Shown: positions 48,525-61,929, counted from the whole stretch's first letter. The stretch: 63,583 nucleotides of DNA, filler included, from Octopus bimaculoides (GCF_001194135.2; 5 parts of 4 records of this genome joined end to end with filler, not necessarily neighbours in it), one strand, 5' to 3'. Notes: generated by a model not told the origin, from the sequence alone. Numbers and translations: made by a program.

Positions 48525-48820
48525 CCTTTCTACTAAAGGCACAAAGCCTGGAATTTTGGGTGACATGTAAGTCCATTCCATCGACCTCGGTATTTCACTG
48601 GTACTTAATTTATCGACCCCGAAAGGATAAAAGGCAAAGTGGACCTGGGCGGAATTTGAACTCGGAACGTAGTGACTAGTGTTTCACTAGTATTTAATCT
48701 ATCGACCTCGAAAGGATGAAAAAGAAAGTCGACCTTGACGTAATTTGAACTCAGAATGTAGCAACGGACGAAGTACCGCTAAGCATTCCGTCCAGCGTGC
48801 TACGATTCTACCAAGCTCCA
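48525..48820 (-). mobile_element. SINE-B with a partial tandem duplication
   Basis: CCTTTCTACTAAAGGCAC tail. TCGACC.CGAAAGGAT...AATTTGAACTC occurs twice. Confidence 0.85.
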
Positions 48821-48825
48821 CGCCT

Positions 48826-49026
<201 letters not shown>

Positions 49027-49028
<2 letters not shown>

Positions 49029-49481
49029 GATGGGCTACAGCAAATATTCTACTTAAAACCACAAATTTGCTTGTCAGCTGTTTGGCCTTAACCAGTTTAG
49101 CATTCCCTTGGTGGCTGACGATATGTGCATCTCTGATCATGAGCAGAAGTAGTGGGGGAGCATCATAGCCATGTGTTGGGAGGAATTCTTTGGGGTTTGA
49201 ATAATTCACCTTTGGAAACATGGGTGTTTTGCTCAACATCCTTAAACAAACCTTATTCAGGGATCTTTTGAGCGGGATGGGCTACTCGACCTGAAGAAAA
49301 TTCTCACTGGGCCCCACCTGCGAGGTCATGCGCTGTTTATCTTGATATGAGATCACCATGTCGCGCACATATGATTGCGATGCATGTGCCTGGTGAACCT
49401 TTATCAGACTAGTATTCATGATGTGTATAATGGGCTTCGTATATTTTACCCCAGTGTCACTTTGATGGCATGCACTGCTCT
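49027..49481 (-). mobile_element. SINE-E-like interspersed repeat (orientation inferred from the tail)
   Basis: Homologous to 57275-57570 (GGAAACATGGGTGTTT...GGGATGGGCTACTCGACC...GGGCCCCAC). Abuts (AAT)n. Confidence 0.7.
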
Positions 49482-49581
49482 NNNNNNNNNNNNNNNNNNN
49501 NNNNNNNNNNNNNNNNNNNNNNNNNTTAATTAATTAANNNNNNNNNNNNNNNNNNNNNNNNNNNNNNNNNNNNNNNNNNNN

Positions 49582-49906
49582 CTGTGAATATATTCCTTCT
49601 TAGCCAGGACTGGGCAGCCAGAGATAATATGATTTATTGTTTCTTGTCCATCTCCACATATTCTACAGTTACTTGTTATGTTTCTTTTCATTATGTGTTT
49701 TTGGTAATTTCTGGTGGGGAGGCTTTGGTCTTGTGCAGCAATTAAAAATCCTTCAGTCTCTGCTTTGAGTCCTGAGCTTCTCAACCATTGCTGGGATTTT
49801 TCTCTGTCTATTTCTTTTGCATTTAGTTTAGCCCAGTATTTACCATGTAAGGGCTTTTTTTGCCATCGTTTTATCATGGTCTGTTGTTGTTCTAGTTTTA
49901 GTTTGG
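49582..49906 (-). mobile_element. Young 5'-truncated R4/Dong LINE fragment, uninterrupted ORF, 3' part lost in a gap
   Basis: WQKKPLHGKYW...WLRSSGLKAETEGFLIAAQDQSLPTRNY...CRICGDGQETINHIISGCPVLAKKEYIH with no stops. The 5' end abuts (TAA)n. Confidence 0.95.
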
Positions 49907-49958
<52 letters not shown>

Positions 49959-49965
49959 TTATTAT

Positions 49966-52000
49966 CATTTGAGCAAACAAATTGGACTTCAAGAAAAAAA
50001 ACAAGCAAGGTAGAAAGTCAAAATCCAAAACGAAATCAAAAATCTGAGTGAGGAATTGTTGTTTGGTGATGAGTTTTTGAAAAGAATAAATGTCAAAACT
50101 AGAAAAACAAGAAAACTTAGAAGGAAATACAAAATAACCGAGGAATAAAATCTCTCTTCCATCAAAGAGACATTGAAACAACGCATACAAAGCACAATGT
50201 GCTAGAAGATATGAAAAACCAAAAAGGGGTAAATTCTAAGACAGAACAAGGTTTTCCAAAGAGATGTAAAGAAATTTCGCAGAGAAATGGGGAAACAACC
50301 AATAGAAATAAAAGATCCACCTAATGTGGAGTGTATGAAGTTGAGAAATTTTGGAAGAACATCTCGTAATTCTAAAACATAATGAGGAAAAAAGTTGAGT
50401 TACCATGGGAAATGAAAGGATAAAAGGTGTGAAATAGCAATAATGGGTAGGGGCTGAAATGGAAGAAGTAAGACAGGTCCTTAGCAAAACACAATTGGAA
50501 CTTGTCACCAAGAAGAGATAAAATCCCAAATTATTGGTTAAATACACTTACAGAAACGCTCATGGTACTTACCAAGGATCCTAAAAACTAAGCTCAACTC
50601 TAAAAATCGCAGCGAAGTGATCAATGACTTAGCTGTAGCTGTAGTGCAATATGGTTTCAACAGTTGCATGTATGGGACCTTCAGGGAATAGATACAAAAA
50701 ACAACACGCAAACCTTTCATTGCCAAAACAAAATACAACTCCAAGGTAAACATCGACCGTTTCTATCCGTCGAGAAAAAAGGTGGAAGAGGTTTCATCCA
50801 ACTTAAATTATCCTATAAAATATCCACGAGTATCCTCCAAACATACTCAAACCAGATATTGCAGTAAAAAACCACGAATACAAGAATATACACCACTCCA
50901 TAATGAAAAACGCAGAGAAGAAACGAAGAGAAACTATGAATCAGCAACATTGAAATTTCAAATGAAGCTGACTTACTACCGGCCAAGACAGAATCCATAA
51001 AAAATAAAGTAGTCTGACTGACTTAGAAATCTGAAAGACAGATGGCAACAAAACCTCTGTATGGAAAATATCCCTTCGTACCCATGAAGCTCCTGTTGAT
51101 GAACCACAGATTCCATCAGTGGCCGAGAAGCTCAGGGTGTAATGCTAAAACTGTGAGATTTAGCCTTGCTACCCAATACCAGAGCATATTCACCAGAAAC
51201 TTGCAAGCAGACATTCTCTAAACTAAAAGAGATACAAAATGTAGGATTTGTGACGAATAAGTCAAGACATAAAACCATACAATTTCGGGAGCTCCACCTT
51301 GGCTCCAACTGAGTATAATGCTAGGCATGATCAGGTTGGCTAACTGCTTCACTGGACATTATGCAAACATAATGGTCTAGGGCTTACTAAACATTTATAT
51401 GAGTACCATGCCTTGTCAATGATCGAAGCAAAAGAAGCAATTTTATGGGATTTTACAGACCACACAGACCGCACCATAATTGTCAATTGGTCTGATATTA
51501 TCATTAAAGATTTTCAAAATAAAACATGTCTAGACATTGACATGGCTATACCATCTGACAAAAATGTATCTGCTTGACAGTCTGACAAATCAATTAAGTA
51601 CAAAGACCTAGAATTCTAGAATGTGGCACCTGAAGACACGAACCACTGCAGCTGTAATTGGCGTGTTTAGTGTCATAAAGAAAGGCCTAAATGAGTTTCT
51701 TAAAAACAACCCTGGTAAAACCGTCATTTATGAAATCCAAAACATCGTACTCAGGAGGAGTGTTCGCATTTTACGTAAAATTTTAATCTGTGTAATATCG
51801 AATAATAAATACTAAATTCCCTTTTTTATATATATCTTTTTTACACCTTAATAATAAAATTTTTATATACTGAGTCTAAATTAATTTTATAACATTTTAC
51901 AGCTATACTGGGAAATATCACCGTTATACGGCAGCTACTACCCTAGGTGCCTACTTGACACCCAGCAGAGAATATTAAATGAAGCGATATCAAAAAATAA
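49966..52000 (+). mobile_element. Old R4/Dong LINE with the RT core deleted
   Basis: QNKVFQRDVKKF, DKIPNYWLNTL joined to ILKTKLNSKN...VQYGF, DRFYPSRKKGGRG, TKCRIC...RHDQVG, IDMAIPSDKNV, KYKDL and VRILRKIL*. Confidence 0.85.
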
Positions 52001-52929
52001 GTGATGATGATGACGAGAGCGGCGACGACGATTGTGATGACGATGACGATCACCACCACCATTACGACGATGGTAATGGTGTTATCGTCTTGTTATGGTC
52101 GCAATCTTCTATTTACTCAACCTCTGCAGTTTGACAATGTTGAAGCAAAATATTAAGAAAGTGCATTGAAATTCAGAGTAATACACTAATATTGCAATCT
52201 ATTGAATATATCAATTGAAACCAGATTTTACCTGGAGCCTTACATTATCGGTTCAGATAAACAAAATCTAACAGCGTTAAAAGCAATGTTGTGCATATTG
52301 TCAATACTGTATCGCACGCTAAAGAATATTTTTCAAATAAATAATTTATCTTTTAAAAGATACAATAACCAATATCACATACGATAGCACACACATATAT
52401 CTACATGTGCGTGTATATATACATGAATACATTTATGTAAGAAACAATCTGTCTGTATTTTTACAAATACACACACACACACATACACATATACACACGT
52501 ACATATATATATATATATATATATANNNNNNNNNNNNNNNNNNNNNNNNNNNNNNNNNNNNNNNNNNNNNNNNNNNNNNNNNNNNNNNNNNNNNNNNNNN
52601 NNNNNNNNNNNNNNNNNNNNNNNNNNNNNNNNNNNNNNNNNNNNNNNNNNNNNNNNNNNNNNNNNNNNNNNNNNNNNNNNNNNNNNNNNNNNNNNNNNNN
52701 NNNNNNNNNNNNNNNNNNNNNNNNNNNNNNNNNNNNNNNNATTCATGTATGTGTGTATCTATGTTAGAATGAACTCGAATTGACATTAGATATAGAAACA
52801 AAGCTGCACATCTCAAAATATATATAAAGAAACATAATTTATGGATTTCCAACACATTTCGCCTTCATGTTTCCGGTATCAAACTTAGAAACACCGTCAA
52901 ACAATATGAATCCTTACCTGTACACATCT

Positions 52930-53040
52930 GTGTATGTATGTATGCATGTATGTATGTATGTATGTATGTATGTATGTATGTATGTATGTATGTGTGTATG
53001 TATGTATGTACGTATGTATGTATGTATGTATGTATGTGTG
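52930..53040. repeat. (TATG)n microsatellite (similar tracts at about 49-70, 9870-9920, 42880-43020 and 58485-58575)
   Basis: Seen directly. Confidence 0.95.
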
Positions 53041-53169
53041 TATAAACATTTATAAAACAAGATGGAATGAACAGACTTTAATCACAAACACAACAATTGT
53101 TTCTGTATCTTGGTCACAGCTGTTAGTTGATGAGTTTCCATATCATACAATTGCTTACCAACAATAACT

Positions 53170-53515
53170 TGCTTACCAACTACATGGTTCCGGGTTCAGT
53201 CCCACTGCGTGACACGTTGGGCAAATGTCTTCTACTATAGCCTCGGGCCAACCAAATCCTTGTGAGTCGATTTGGTAGACGGAAACTGAAAGAAGTCCGT
53301 CGTATATATGTATATGTATGTGTGTATATATGTTTGTGTGTGTATATGCTTGACAACCGATTCTGGTGTGTTTACGTCCCCGTAACCTAGCGGTTCGGCA
53401 CAAGAGAGTGATAGAATAAGTACTAGGCTTACAAAGAATAAGTCCTGGGGTCGATTTGCTCAACTAAAGGCGGTGCTCCAGTATGGCTGCAGTCAAATGA
53501 CTGAAACAAGTAAAA

Positions 53516-53517
<2 letters not shown>
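53170..53517 (+). mobile_element. SINE-A copy, young
   Basis: CATGGTTCCGGGTTCAGTCCCACTGCGTG...GACTGAAACAAGTAAAAG with CpGs retained. Confidence 0.9.
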
Positions 53518-53561
<44 letters not shown>

Positions 53562-53699
53562 AATGGAGAAGCGATCACGAGTGACAATTCTGTAGAACAT
53601 TATAATAATTATAAGTTTAAAGCTTATAAGCCATTACTGTGTATTAATTAGTGAAGATAATCAAATATTTATTTCTTTATTGCCTACAGGCGGCTAAAC

Positions 53700-53840
53700 A
53701 AGGACAGACAAAGGGATTAAGTCGATTACATCAACCCCAGTGCGAAACTGGTACTTACTTAATCGGCCCCGAAAGGATGACAGGCTAAGTGGACCTCGGC
53801 GGAATTTGAACTCAAAACGTAACGGCAGACGAAATACCGG
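53700..53840 (-). mobile_element. SINE-B copy
   Basis: GTCGATTACATCAACCCCAGTG...GGCGGAATTTGAACTCAAAACGTAACGGCAGACGAAATACCG. Confidence 0.85.
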
Positions 53841-53850
53841 TAATCATCTC

Positions 53851-53893
<43 letters not shown>

Positions 53894-54033
53894 CAGATAG
53901 ATATAATCAAATCGAATATTACAACTTGAACAAACAATCGAACATTAGAAAAAGCCATAACAAAACAACAAGAGGACGTACACGTGGAATGTATAAGTTT
54001 GGCGCTCAGGTACGATAGAAAGAAGAGAAGGGT

Positions 54034-54066
54034 TTTAACGTTTCGAGAATAGCTCTTCGTCAGAAA
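54034..54066 (-). ncRNA. Minimal hammerhead motif of the Penelope/retrozyme type
   Basis: Minus strand TTT-CTGACGA-A-GAG-CTATT-CTC-GAAAC-GTT-AAA: intact core, 3-bp stem II, palindromic AACGTT stem III and 3-bp stem I. Confidence 0.65.
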
Positions 54067-55744
54067 GGAAAACGAAGAAGTCTAGAGAAGAAAAAACTTC
54101 ACGAGCATAGTGTATGTGCAGAGTATCGAAACTCCGATATAACTAAAATTTGATACAATATCCTCATATAAGGTAAGGTCAACAAAATAATATTCCATCC
54201 AGTGAGATAGCGCACATTATATGATATATGGAAAGCTTTAACTTTACCAAAGAAACGGTCTCAGTACGATACATGATAAGGTCCCCTCCACGAGAAGGAC
54301 GGACCCTTACAGGAAACCCAGTCGAATATACCCCTTCTCTCTCCTCCTCACTTCTCCCACCTCTGTTTCCCTTCTTCTAAATGTATCTATATTCTTATTT
54401 GTCTCTCAGCTTTTTGTCCCCTACTTTCATATCAGGATAGTTTTTTTTCCTACCTAATGCCCTAGAAAAACATATTTCACATGCAACACGCTGTAAAATA
54501 GCCAGTAGATTTTTGAGAAGTAAACTAACCAATTAATACTGTAAATGTTCCAACTACAGCACAGAATGGTCTTCAGATAGACGGTGTATACAAATATATG
54601 TGGTGAAAATAACCTATTCATATTTAATCAACATTACCCGTCAATATTCCCCAAACATCGCTTATATTATTCACCTTTCTCGTTTCCTCGAGTCTACAGA
54701 CATTTCCACTCTGATATGTTGATTGAATTCTAAGAAATGAAACGTTCCTCATATTTTAAATATATCGAAGTTTTGATATTCTGTGCATATACTATGTTTG
54801 TGTATGTACGTACAGAGAGAGGGGAAGTGAAGGATAGTTTCTCTATGCATATGTATGCATGTGTGTTTGTGCGTGTGTACATATAGGTAGATATATAGAT
54901 TAATACATGTTGCCTGATAGTGCATTGTGTGCTTATCAGTATGTACTTTATCGTAATATACGAGGTTGTATGTATTCGTACGTAGCAGAATCACTGCATT
55001 TGTATACTTTGATCCATCGCCTTCGGTTCCAAGCAACTACAAAGTGACCTTAGAACTACTGATTCATTTATGAATATTGACGCTATGAGCGATTTACTCC
55101 AACTTTAAACGTAATAGAATAAACTAATGAATGGTTTATCAGACTTGGACTTGCAAGAAATCTTATAAATACCGATGAAGAAGAACAGAACGGTAGGTGG
55201 TTGATTTCGAAACTGATGCTTTCCAGAATCGAAGCCTGTTCCCTTCAGCCTATCACTTATCTCTATATTTGAACTTTTCATTTAGACTCTATTCTTTACT
55301 CATACAGTTATGGCTTCGTACCAGTTTTAGTTGCATTCTCTCAAAATTTATTGCAGTTAAGGTCGAAGAACAATTCATTTCGGAAGTGTCCTTTCTGAAT
55401 AGTATGTGAATTTACGCAGACAATTTAGGCTTTATCATTTTCTAGCTCATATTGCCTTAATATATTATTTACACGTTTCTCTATATTGAATGCAAAGTGA
55501 ATTTTGGAAACATAGATGTTAGAGAGAAGATAAAATCTAAATGAATACAAGTGGGTATTCGAGTATTGAAGTTTATGTTTCCCTTCTTTCTCATCTAACC
55601 AATCTGCATACAGGCAAAAGAGGCAATATCATTTAAAGTTTGCAGGCCTACGATGAGTAGAGGCTATTCTAGTAGCAGAAAAATATGCAAGCAGCTAGTC
55701 GTTGCTTATCCCCAGGTCAACCTAGACTACGTAAACCTATGATA

Positions 55745-55912
55745 AAATGTTTAGTGGCATTGCGTCCGTTTTTAAGTTCTGGTTTCAGATTCCGCTGAGG
55801 TCAACTTTGCATTTCATCCTCTCAGTGTCGATAAGTACCAGTCAAGGACTGTAGTCGGTTGCCACCTCCCACCAAATTTCAGCATTGTGCCTTTAGTAGA
55901 AACAATAATTAC

Positions 55913-55966
<54 letters not shown>
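55745..55966 (+). mobile_element. SINE-B with (ATT)n tail
   Basis: CTGAGGTCAACTTTGCATTTCATCC...GTGCCTTTAGTAGAAAC, then (ATT)n at 55904-55966. Confidence 0.85.
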
Positions 55967-55967
<1 letters not shown>

Positions 55968-57250
55968 GAAGCAAAGCTCAGATTTGGTTTTATTCCTGGT
56001 AGGATTTATGTGTGTAGCAGGTTGCTACCTGTAACCTTAGGTATCCACACGTTTTCAGCAGCCTTTCAAGTGCTTAGACCCCTCCTGATAATCCTTGCTG
56101 TCTCTAAGAAACAAACTTTCTGTAGCAACTCTACCGGGCATTCTATTTCAGTCTCCTTCAGCTATTTCTCTATTATCTTGCCTTACTGTCCCCAACGCAC
56201 CAATTGTTATAGGCATGACCTTTACTGTCCGCGTTCTCTAAATTCTTCCTATTTAAAATTTTAAAGAATTGTATTTTTTGTTTTTCTTCTTTCTTTACGA
56301 TCTTGAAATCAAAGGTGCATGATGGGTCGATAAGTAAAAGACTTCGGTTTTCCTTATCTATGATTGTAATATCTAGTCTATTACTTTCTAACTTATCCGT
56401 CTGAAGGGGTAAGTCTCACAAGATCTTACATTTCTCCAAACTCCAGTACTCTTTCGACTCGATGATTGTACCATGTGTTTCCAGCTTCAAAACCCCATTT
56501 CTAGCACAGTTTCCAGTGTAAATCTTGTACAGCCTAGTCGTACCTCCATTTCTTAAACTTTTCCTGTGCCAGCTTGTGGCATTCTTCCGCAATGTGTGCA
56601 ATTATCTTGTTCCAAGTTCCACAGGCTCTACATTTTTCTGATACATTCTCTCCATATATATTTTTTTCTCAAGTTGTTTGTTTTTATTGCCTGATCTTGG
56701 GCTGCTACAATTAGGTTCTCTGTTTCTTTTTCTAATTGCCCCTTTTTAACCAGGCCCAGGATTGTGTTCCGCATGCGTCTTCAGTGGTTCTCCAAAATTG
56801 GCCATGCAGAGGTTTCTCTTCGATCTGTCTGACGTGTTCTCTTTGTATTTAATTATTGTCCTTTTCTCCTATTACACGCTTCATCACCTGTTCTTTATTG
56901 ACTGTCTTCAGTAGTTTTCCTCTGCTTCTCTGTAAAAACTCTACCTGACTTTTTTTATTCCCTCTGTACACATTCTTCTACTGCTATTAAGCCTCTTCTA
57001 ACCTGGTCTCTCCTCAAGTACAGCTGGTTGATATCAGCTTTCGGATGGTCGGCTCCATACATCATCAACAACTTCCTAGTTCTTCTGTCAAGTTTCTTTA
57101 TATCGTTTCTGGTCCAATCTATAATTCCGAATCCATATCTGATTAAGGGTACAGCTCTTGAATTTATTGCGTCAATAAGATTTTTGGAATTCAGCTTTGA
57201 CTGCAATAATTTTCTGACTCTCCTTGTCTAATTTCTATTGATAATTTGTT
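55967..57250 (-). mobile_element. R4/Dong LINE 3' part, 5'-truncated and degraded
   Basis: SKLNSKNLIDAINSRAVPLIRYGFGIIDW...HPKADINQLYLRR, EKPLHGQFW...WLKRGQLEKETENLIVAAQDQ and an RLE end. The 3'UTR ends in (TAA)n. Confidence 0.9.
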
Positions 57251-57274
57251 TCATTTCTTTCTTTTTTTTTTTTT

Positions 57275-57570
57275 TGAGAGAGGAATTCTCTGGGGTTTGA
57301 ACAATACACCTCTAGAAACATGGGTGTTTTGTTCAACATCCTTAAACAGCCCTTATTCAGGGACATTTTGAGTGGGATGGGCTACTCGACCCGAATAAAA
57401 TTCTAACTGGGCCCCACTTGCAAAGTCATTCAATGTTTATCTTGATAGGAGATCATCATATCATGCGCATATGGTTGTGCTGCATGTCCCTGGTGTGCCC
57501 TAATTATAAGACGGGTAATCATGATAGGTATATTGGGCTTCGTATATTTGTACCCCAATGTCCCACGATA
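57275..57570 (-). mobile_element. SINE-E-like repeat, second copy
   Basis: Homologous to 49165-49460. Confidence 0.7.
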
Positions 57571-57936
57571 AAAACTGGTGGGAACACAAACTTCCAGTGC
57601 TTGAAAATAATCACATCGCACTCCTTTGGAACTTTACTATTCAAACTGACAGGAAGATAGATGCAAATAGGCCAGACATTATATCGAAGGATTTTTCAGA
57701 CATAAATCATGCCTCCACATCGTTATGACAATCCCAATCAGCATGAATGTATCTGTCAAGACCTCCCAAAATCTAAATCTTATAGCACCACAAAATGGCT
57801 ATCTAATCTTTTTATATTTATCATAAAATAAAATTCGAAAATCCGGGTCTCGTAAAGCGGATTCTAGTAAATTAAAGCATTGCTGTATATATAAATATAC
57901 TTATATATGTATGTGTACATGTGTTTATGTGTGTGC

Positions 57937-57984
<48 letters not shown>

Positions 57985-59972
57985 NNNNNNNNNNNNNNNN
58001 NNNNNNNNNNNNNNNNNNNNNNNNNNNNNNNNNNNNNNNNNNNNNNNNNNNNNNNNNNNNNNNNNNNNNNNNNNNNNNNNNNNNNNNNNNNNNNNNNNNN
58101 NNNNNNNNNNNNNNNNNNNNNNNNNNNNNNNNNNNNNNNNNNNNNNNNNNNNNNNNNNNNNNNNNNNNNNNNNNNNNNNNNNNNNNNNNNNNNNNNNNNN
58201 NNNNNNNNNNNNNNNNNNNNNNNNNNNNNNNNNNNNNNNNNNNNNNNNNNNNNNNNNNNNNNNNNNNNNNNNNNNNNNNNNNNNNNNNNNNNNNNNNNNN
58301 NNNNNNNNNNNNNNNNNNNNNNNNNNNNNNTATATATATATATATATATATTAGTCCGTCCGCCAGCCGGGTAGCATCATTTCAAAGCTACAAAATACTA
58401 CAAAAAGCGCATTGTGGCCAACAGTGTCTAACAAAGTCCGACGGTGATGTCGATACAGTGGTGTGTGTGTGCGTGCGTGCGTTCATGCATGTATGTATGT
58501 ATGTATGTATGTATGTATGTATGTATGTATGTATGTATGTATGTATGTATGTATAACAGGATGTATGTATGTATAATGGTAAAGCTTCTCTAATGGTAAC
58601 GTTTCTTGTTTCTCTGCTATATTATTTTAAATTATTCTTTCATTAGCTCCTCAATAATCTACTTTTGTGAAAATTAAATTTGTCATCATTATAAAATATT
58701 CTGCCTATTTTATTGAATTTCAATTCTTGTGAAATTAAACTCCTAATTCTCTTCCTTGGTGTGCGTAAAAGACGAAAATATATATTTGTTCATGCTTAGC
58801 TATTTTCCATATTCAGGGCAAACAAAATGTCTGAAACGTTGGAACAATACACGGAATAATTTCCCTCCTCTGAGCCATGAATTTATTCATATAATTATGA
58901 AAATGACAAACGATTAGAAATCATAGCATCTTGTATTTTCCAAGATATATTTAATTACAATTTTATTATGAAGTAAACTAAAAATATTTCGTTCAATTCT
59001 TCTCTGTTTTATTTCCCCTAAGTGATTCTTCAATTATCTTCGTTCGTGATAACATTCACTTCTAATAGGCTTCCCTGTTTTTGCAGAAATCACGTAGGAT
59101 CACTTGATAGAAACTTCATAATAAGCATTAAAATCTACTGGAAATTCAACATTTCAATATTTCCTTTGCTTTGCAATGTATTTTGCTGCATTATTCTGTA
59201 ACGTTAAAAGTGAATATCCATTTCTTACAATTTAGCGGATAATAATTAATTATCTAAAATTAATATTTTATTTAGATTCTAAAATCAGTGATGTTTAAAA
59301 AGCATCTTTTACTTTTCACTGGTGCCAGTTACTGGGATGCCACCGTGCCTTCATGTTATATGATTTGATTATATCAGTCTAAGTGTTTTGGGAATGCGTG
59401 TGTGTTGGCAATCTCTTGTGATAAATCAAAACAGCATATCAAACATGATAAAAATTATTTGATAACAACATACAGAATTTAATTGTATTGAGAGTTCCAT
59501 CATTAAATATGATATAGTCAGCTAACATAAATTCTTGATAGTGGACGAATAAATAAAGTTGAATAAAAGTAAACACAAGCTAATAGATGATGCGTAAATT
59601 CTGAAGCAATGAAAATTTCCAGATTTTTGCCTTTTAATTAAAATTGGAAGAGCACGCACTGCAGACACCGGACATTGCTATCCACGCAATGCTCAACGTC
59701 CTTAAATCAACGCCGCGATGTTTTCAGCCGCACTAAGTCCAGAGTTCTTTTCCTTTGCGGCAGTACGGCATTGTATCGTAGAATAGCTTTCACCTCTGTC
59801 TTTTTAAAACCATTCTTCCAAAATCACATAGCATTACACTTCCTTCTATATGTGAGAGTAGTTTTAGTAGAATTCTCAGTTAATCCAATGTGTAGCTTTA
59901 CTGTACGACTCACGGATTCGACATCTATTCTGTTTATTATTTTTTATGACAGATATTTTCTATCTCAAGAGT

Positions 59973-60307
59973 GTGGAGGTGCAATGGCTCAGTTGTTAGG
60001 GTAGCGGTCGTGGGATCGTGGTTTCGATTCCCAGACCGGGCGTTGTGAGTGTTTATTGAGGGAAAACATTTAAAGCTCCAAGAGTATCTGGCAAGGGGTG
60101 GTGGCGAACCCTGCTGTACTCTTTCACCACAACTTTCTTTCACTCTTTGTTTCTATTGTACCTGTATTTTAAAGAGCCAGCCTTGTCACACTCTGTATCA
60201 GGTCGAATCTCCACGAGAACTACGTTAAGGGTACACGTGTTTGTGGAGTGCTCAGATACTTTCACGAGCAGGCTCTTCCGTTGATCGGATCAACTGGAAC
60301 CTTCAAA
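59973..60307 (+). mobile_element. SINE-D with 11-bp TSD
   Basis: Head GTGGAGGTGCAATGGCTCAGTTG. TSD ATCTCAAGAGT at 59962-59972 and 60308-60318. Confidence 0.9.
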
Positions 60308-60808
60308 ATCTCAAGAGTACCTACTTGTGTCTCTGCATTTAAATTCTGGTTAGGTAGTGTATATCTGGCATGTTTTATAAATCTGGGGGTTTTATTAAAG
60401 ACACGCTAATTCTATGATACTAGTATCCTTTCATAAACTATATTACCGAAGTTGGCCGTCACCACTGTTTTTTATATTTGCGTGATGTAAAACGGTGCAT
60501 ACTTATGAATGTCGAAATAGTTCTAACAACATTTGTGAATATATTTAAGTTATGGAAATACTCGTACCAGATAGTTGTTATACTCTTTTTACGTTTGGTA
60601 TTATCTACTGTAGGGTATTTTACACCTTTCAGATTGATGTGAAAGATATTTTTAGAGAGAGCTGTATTGCTGCATGAAAATATATTGTTAAATTCATCAG
60701 AGACATAGATTAGACATATATCTGCTAATCTGCTATTGGTGAGGATAATGTCGTATAATCGTGGATAAGTGGTTGTAGTTCTAGTTTATGTGTGTGTGTA
60801 TATATATA

Positions 60809-60842
<34 letters not shown>

Positions 60843-61210
60843 NNNNNNNNNNNNNNNNNNNNNNNNNNNNNNNNNNNNNNNNNNNNNNNNNNNNNNNNNN
60901 NNNNNNNNNNNNNNNNNNNNNNNNNNNNNNNNNNNNNNNNNNNNNNNNNNNNNNNNNNNNNNNNNNNNNNNNNNNNNNNNNNNNNNNNNNNNNNNNNNNN
61001 NNNNNNNNNNNNNNNNNNNNNNNNNNNNNNNNNNNNNNNNNNNNNNNNNNNNNNNNNNNNNNNNNNNNNNNNNNNNNNNNNNNNNNNNNNNNNNNNNNNN
61101 NNNNNNNNNNNNNNNNNNNNNNNNNNNNNNNNNNNNNNNNNNNNNNNNNNNNNNNNNNNNNNNNNNNNNNNNNNNNNNNNNNNNNNNNNNNNNNNNNNNN
61201 NNNNNNNNNN

Positions 61211-61242
<32 letters not shown>

Positions 61243-61243
<1 letters not shown>

Positions 61244-61401
61244 GACGAGCTTCTTTCAGTTTCCGTCTACCAAATCCACTCACAAGGCTTTAGTCGGCCC
61301 GAGGCTATAGTAGAAGACACATCCCCAAGGTACCACGCAGTGGGACTGAGCCTGGAACTATGTGGTTGGTAAGCAAGCTACTTACCACACAGCCACTCCT
61401 G
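61243..61401 (-). mobile_element. SINE-A 5' half; internal (TA)n runs into a gap
   Basis: CTTTCAGTTTCCGTCTACCAAATCC...CTTACCACACAGCCACTCC. Confidence 0.9.
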
Positions 61402-61929
61402 CTTTATATATATTGTTTCTGTTTCTTGACTGCGATTATGGTAAGACTGCTATTTCCCTGAGATCAAGTTTAATTTTGTCATTAAGAAATTTATTACCTT
61501 CAGCTTTGTATTCAACGTAATGAGATTTCTAAGATGCAAATTAGTGTTTCAGTTTTGTTCATGCCCTATCCCTTCATGTTAAGGATTATGGTAAGTTCGT
61601 CATCTCTGTAATTGTATGATCAGAATTTTGTGTTATTTTTCAGTGTGCGTAAGATGTATAATTTGACCAAATCTCTGAACAGCGTAACTATCCATGGATA
61701 TCATGAAAAGTTTTTGTTTTTGTTTTTTGGTGGGGAGTCCTAACCCAGGGAGTATTTTTTACAAAATCACATGACTGCCTTACGCCCGTTATATTACTGG
61801 TAAGGGTACTGATTATGGTGATGTGTATATTTGTTTCAGAACACAGTTTGACTGTCGTTATGACAGTCAATACAACACAGTTGTCATCAGGCCTGTATTA
61901 ATACAGGGTATCGAGATTGTTCGTATTTA

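Noticed and set aside
55172-55222. CCGATGA...TTCGAAAC hammerhead-like words
   Set aside because: The core is mutated, stem II is weak and there is no UH cleavage site.
56760-56786. Minus-strand CTGAAGA-CGCATGCG-GAAC
   Set aside because: It lies in frame within the R4 ORF (RTTEDACGTQSW) and lacks GAAA.
59818-59855. Minus-strand HIEGSVMLCDFG, resembling a kinase DFG motif
   Set aside because: It is bounded by stops, with no HRD or APE motif and no convincing splice sites.
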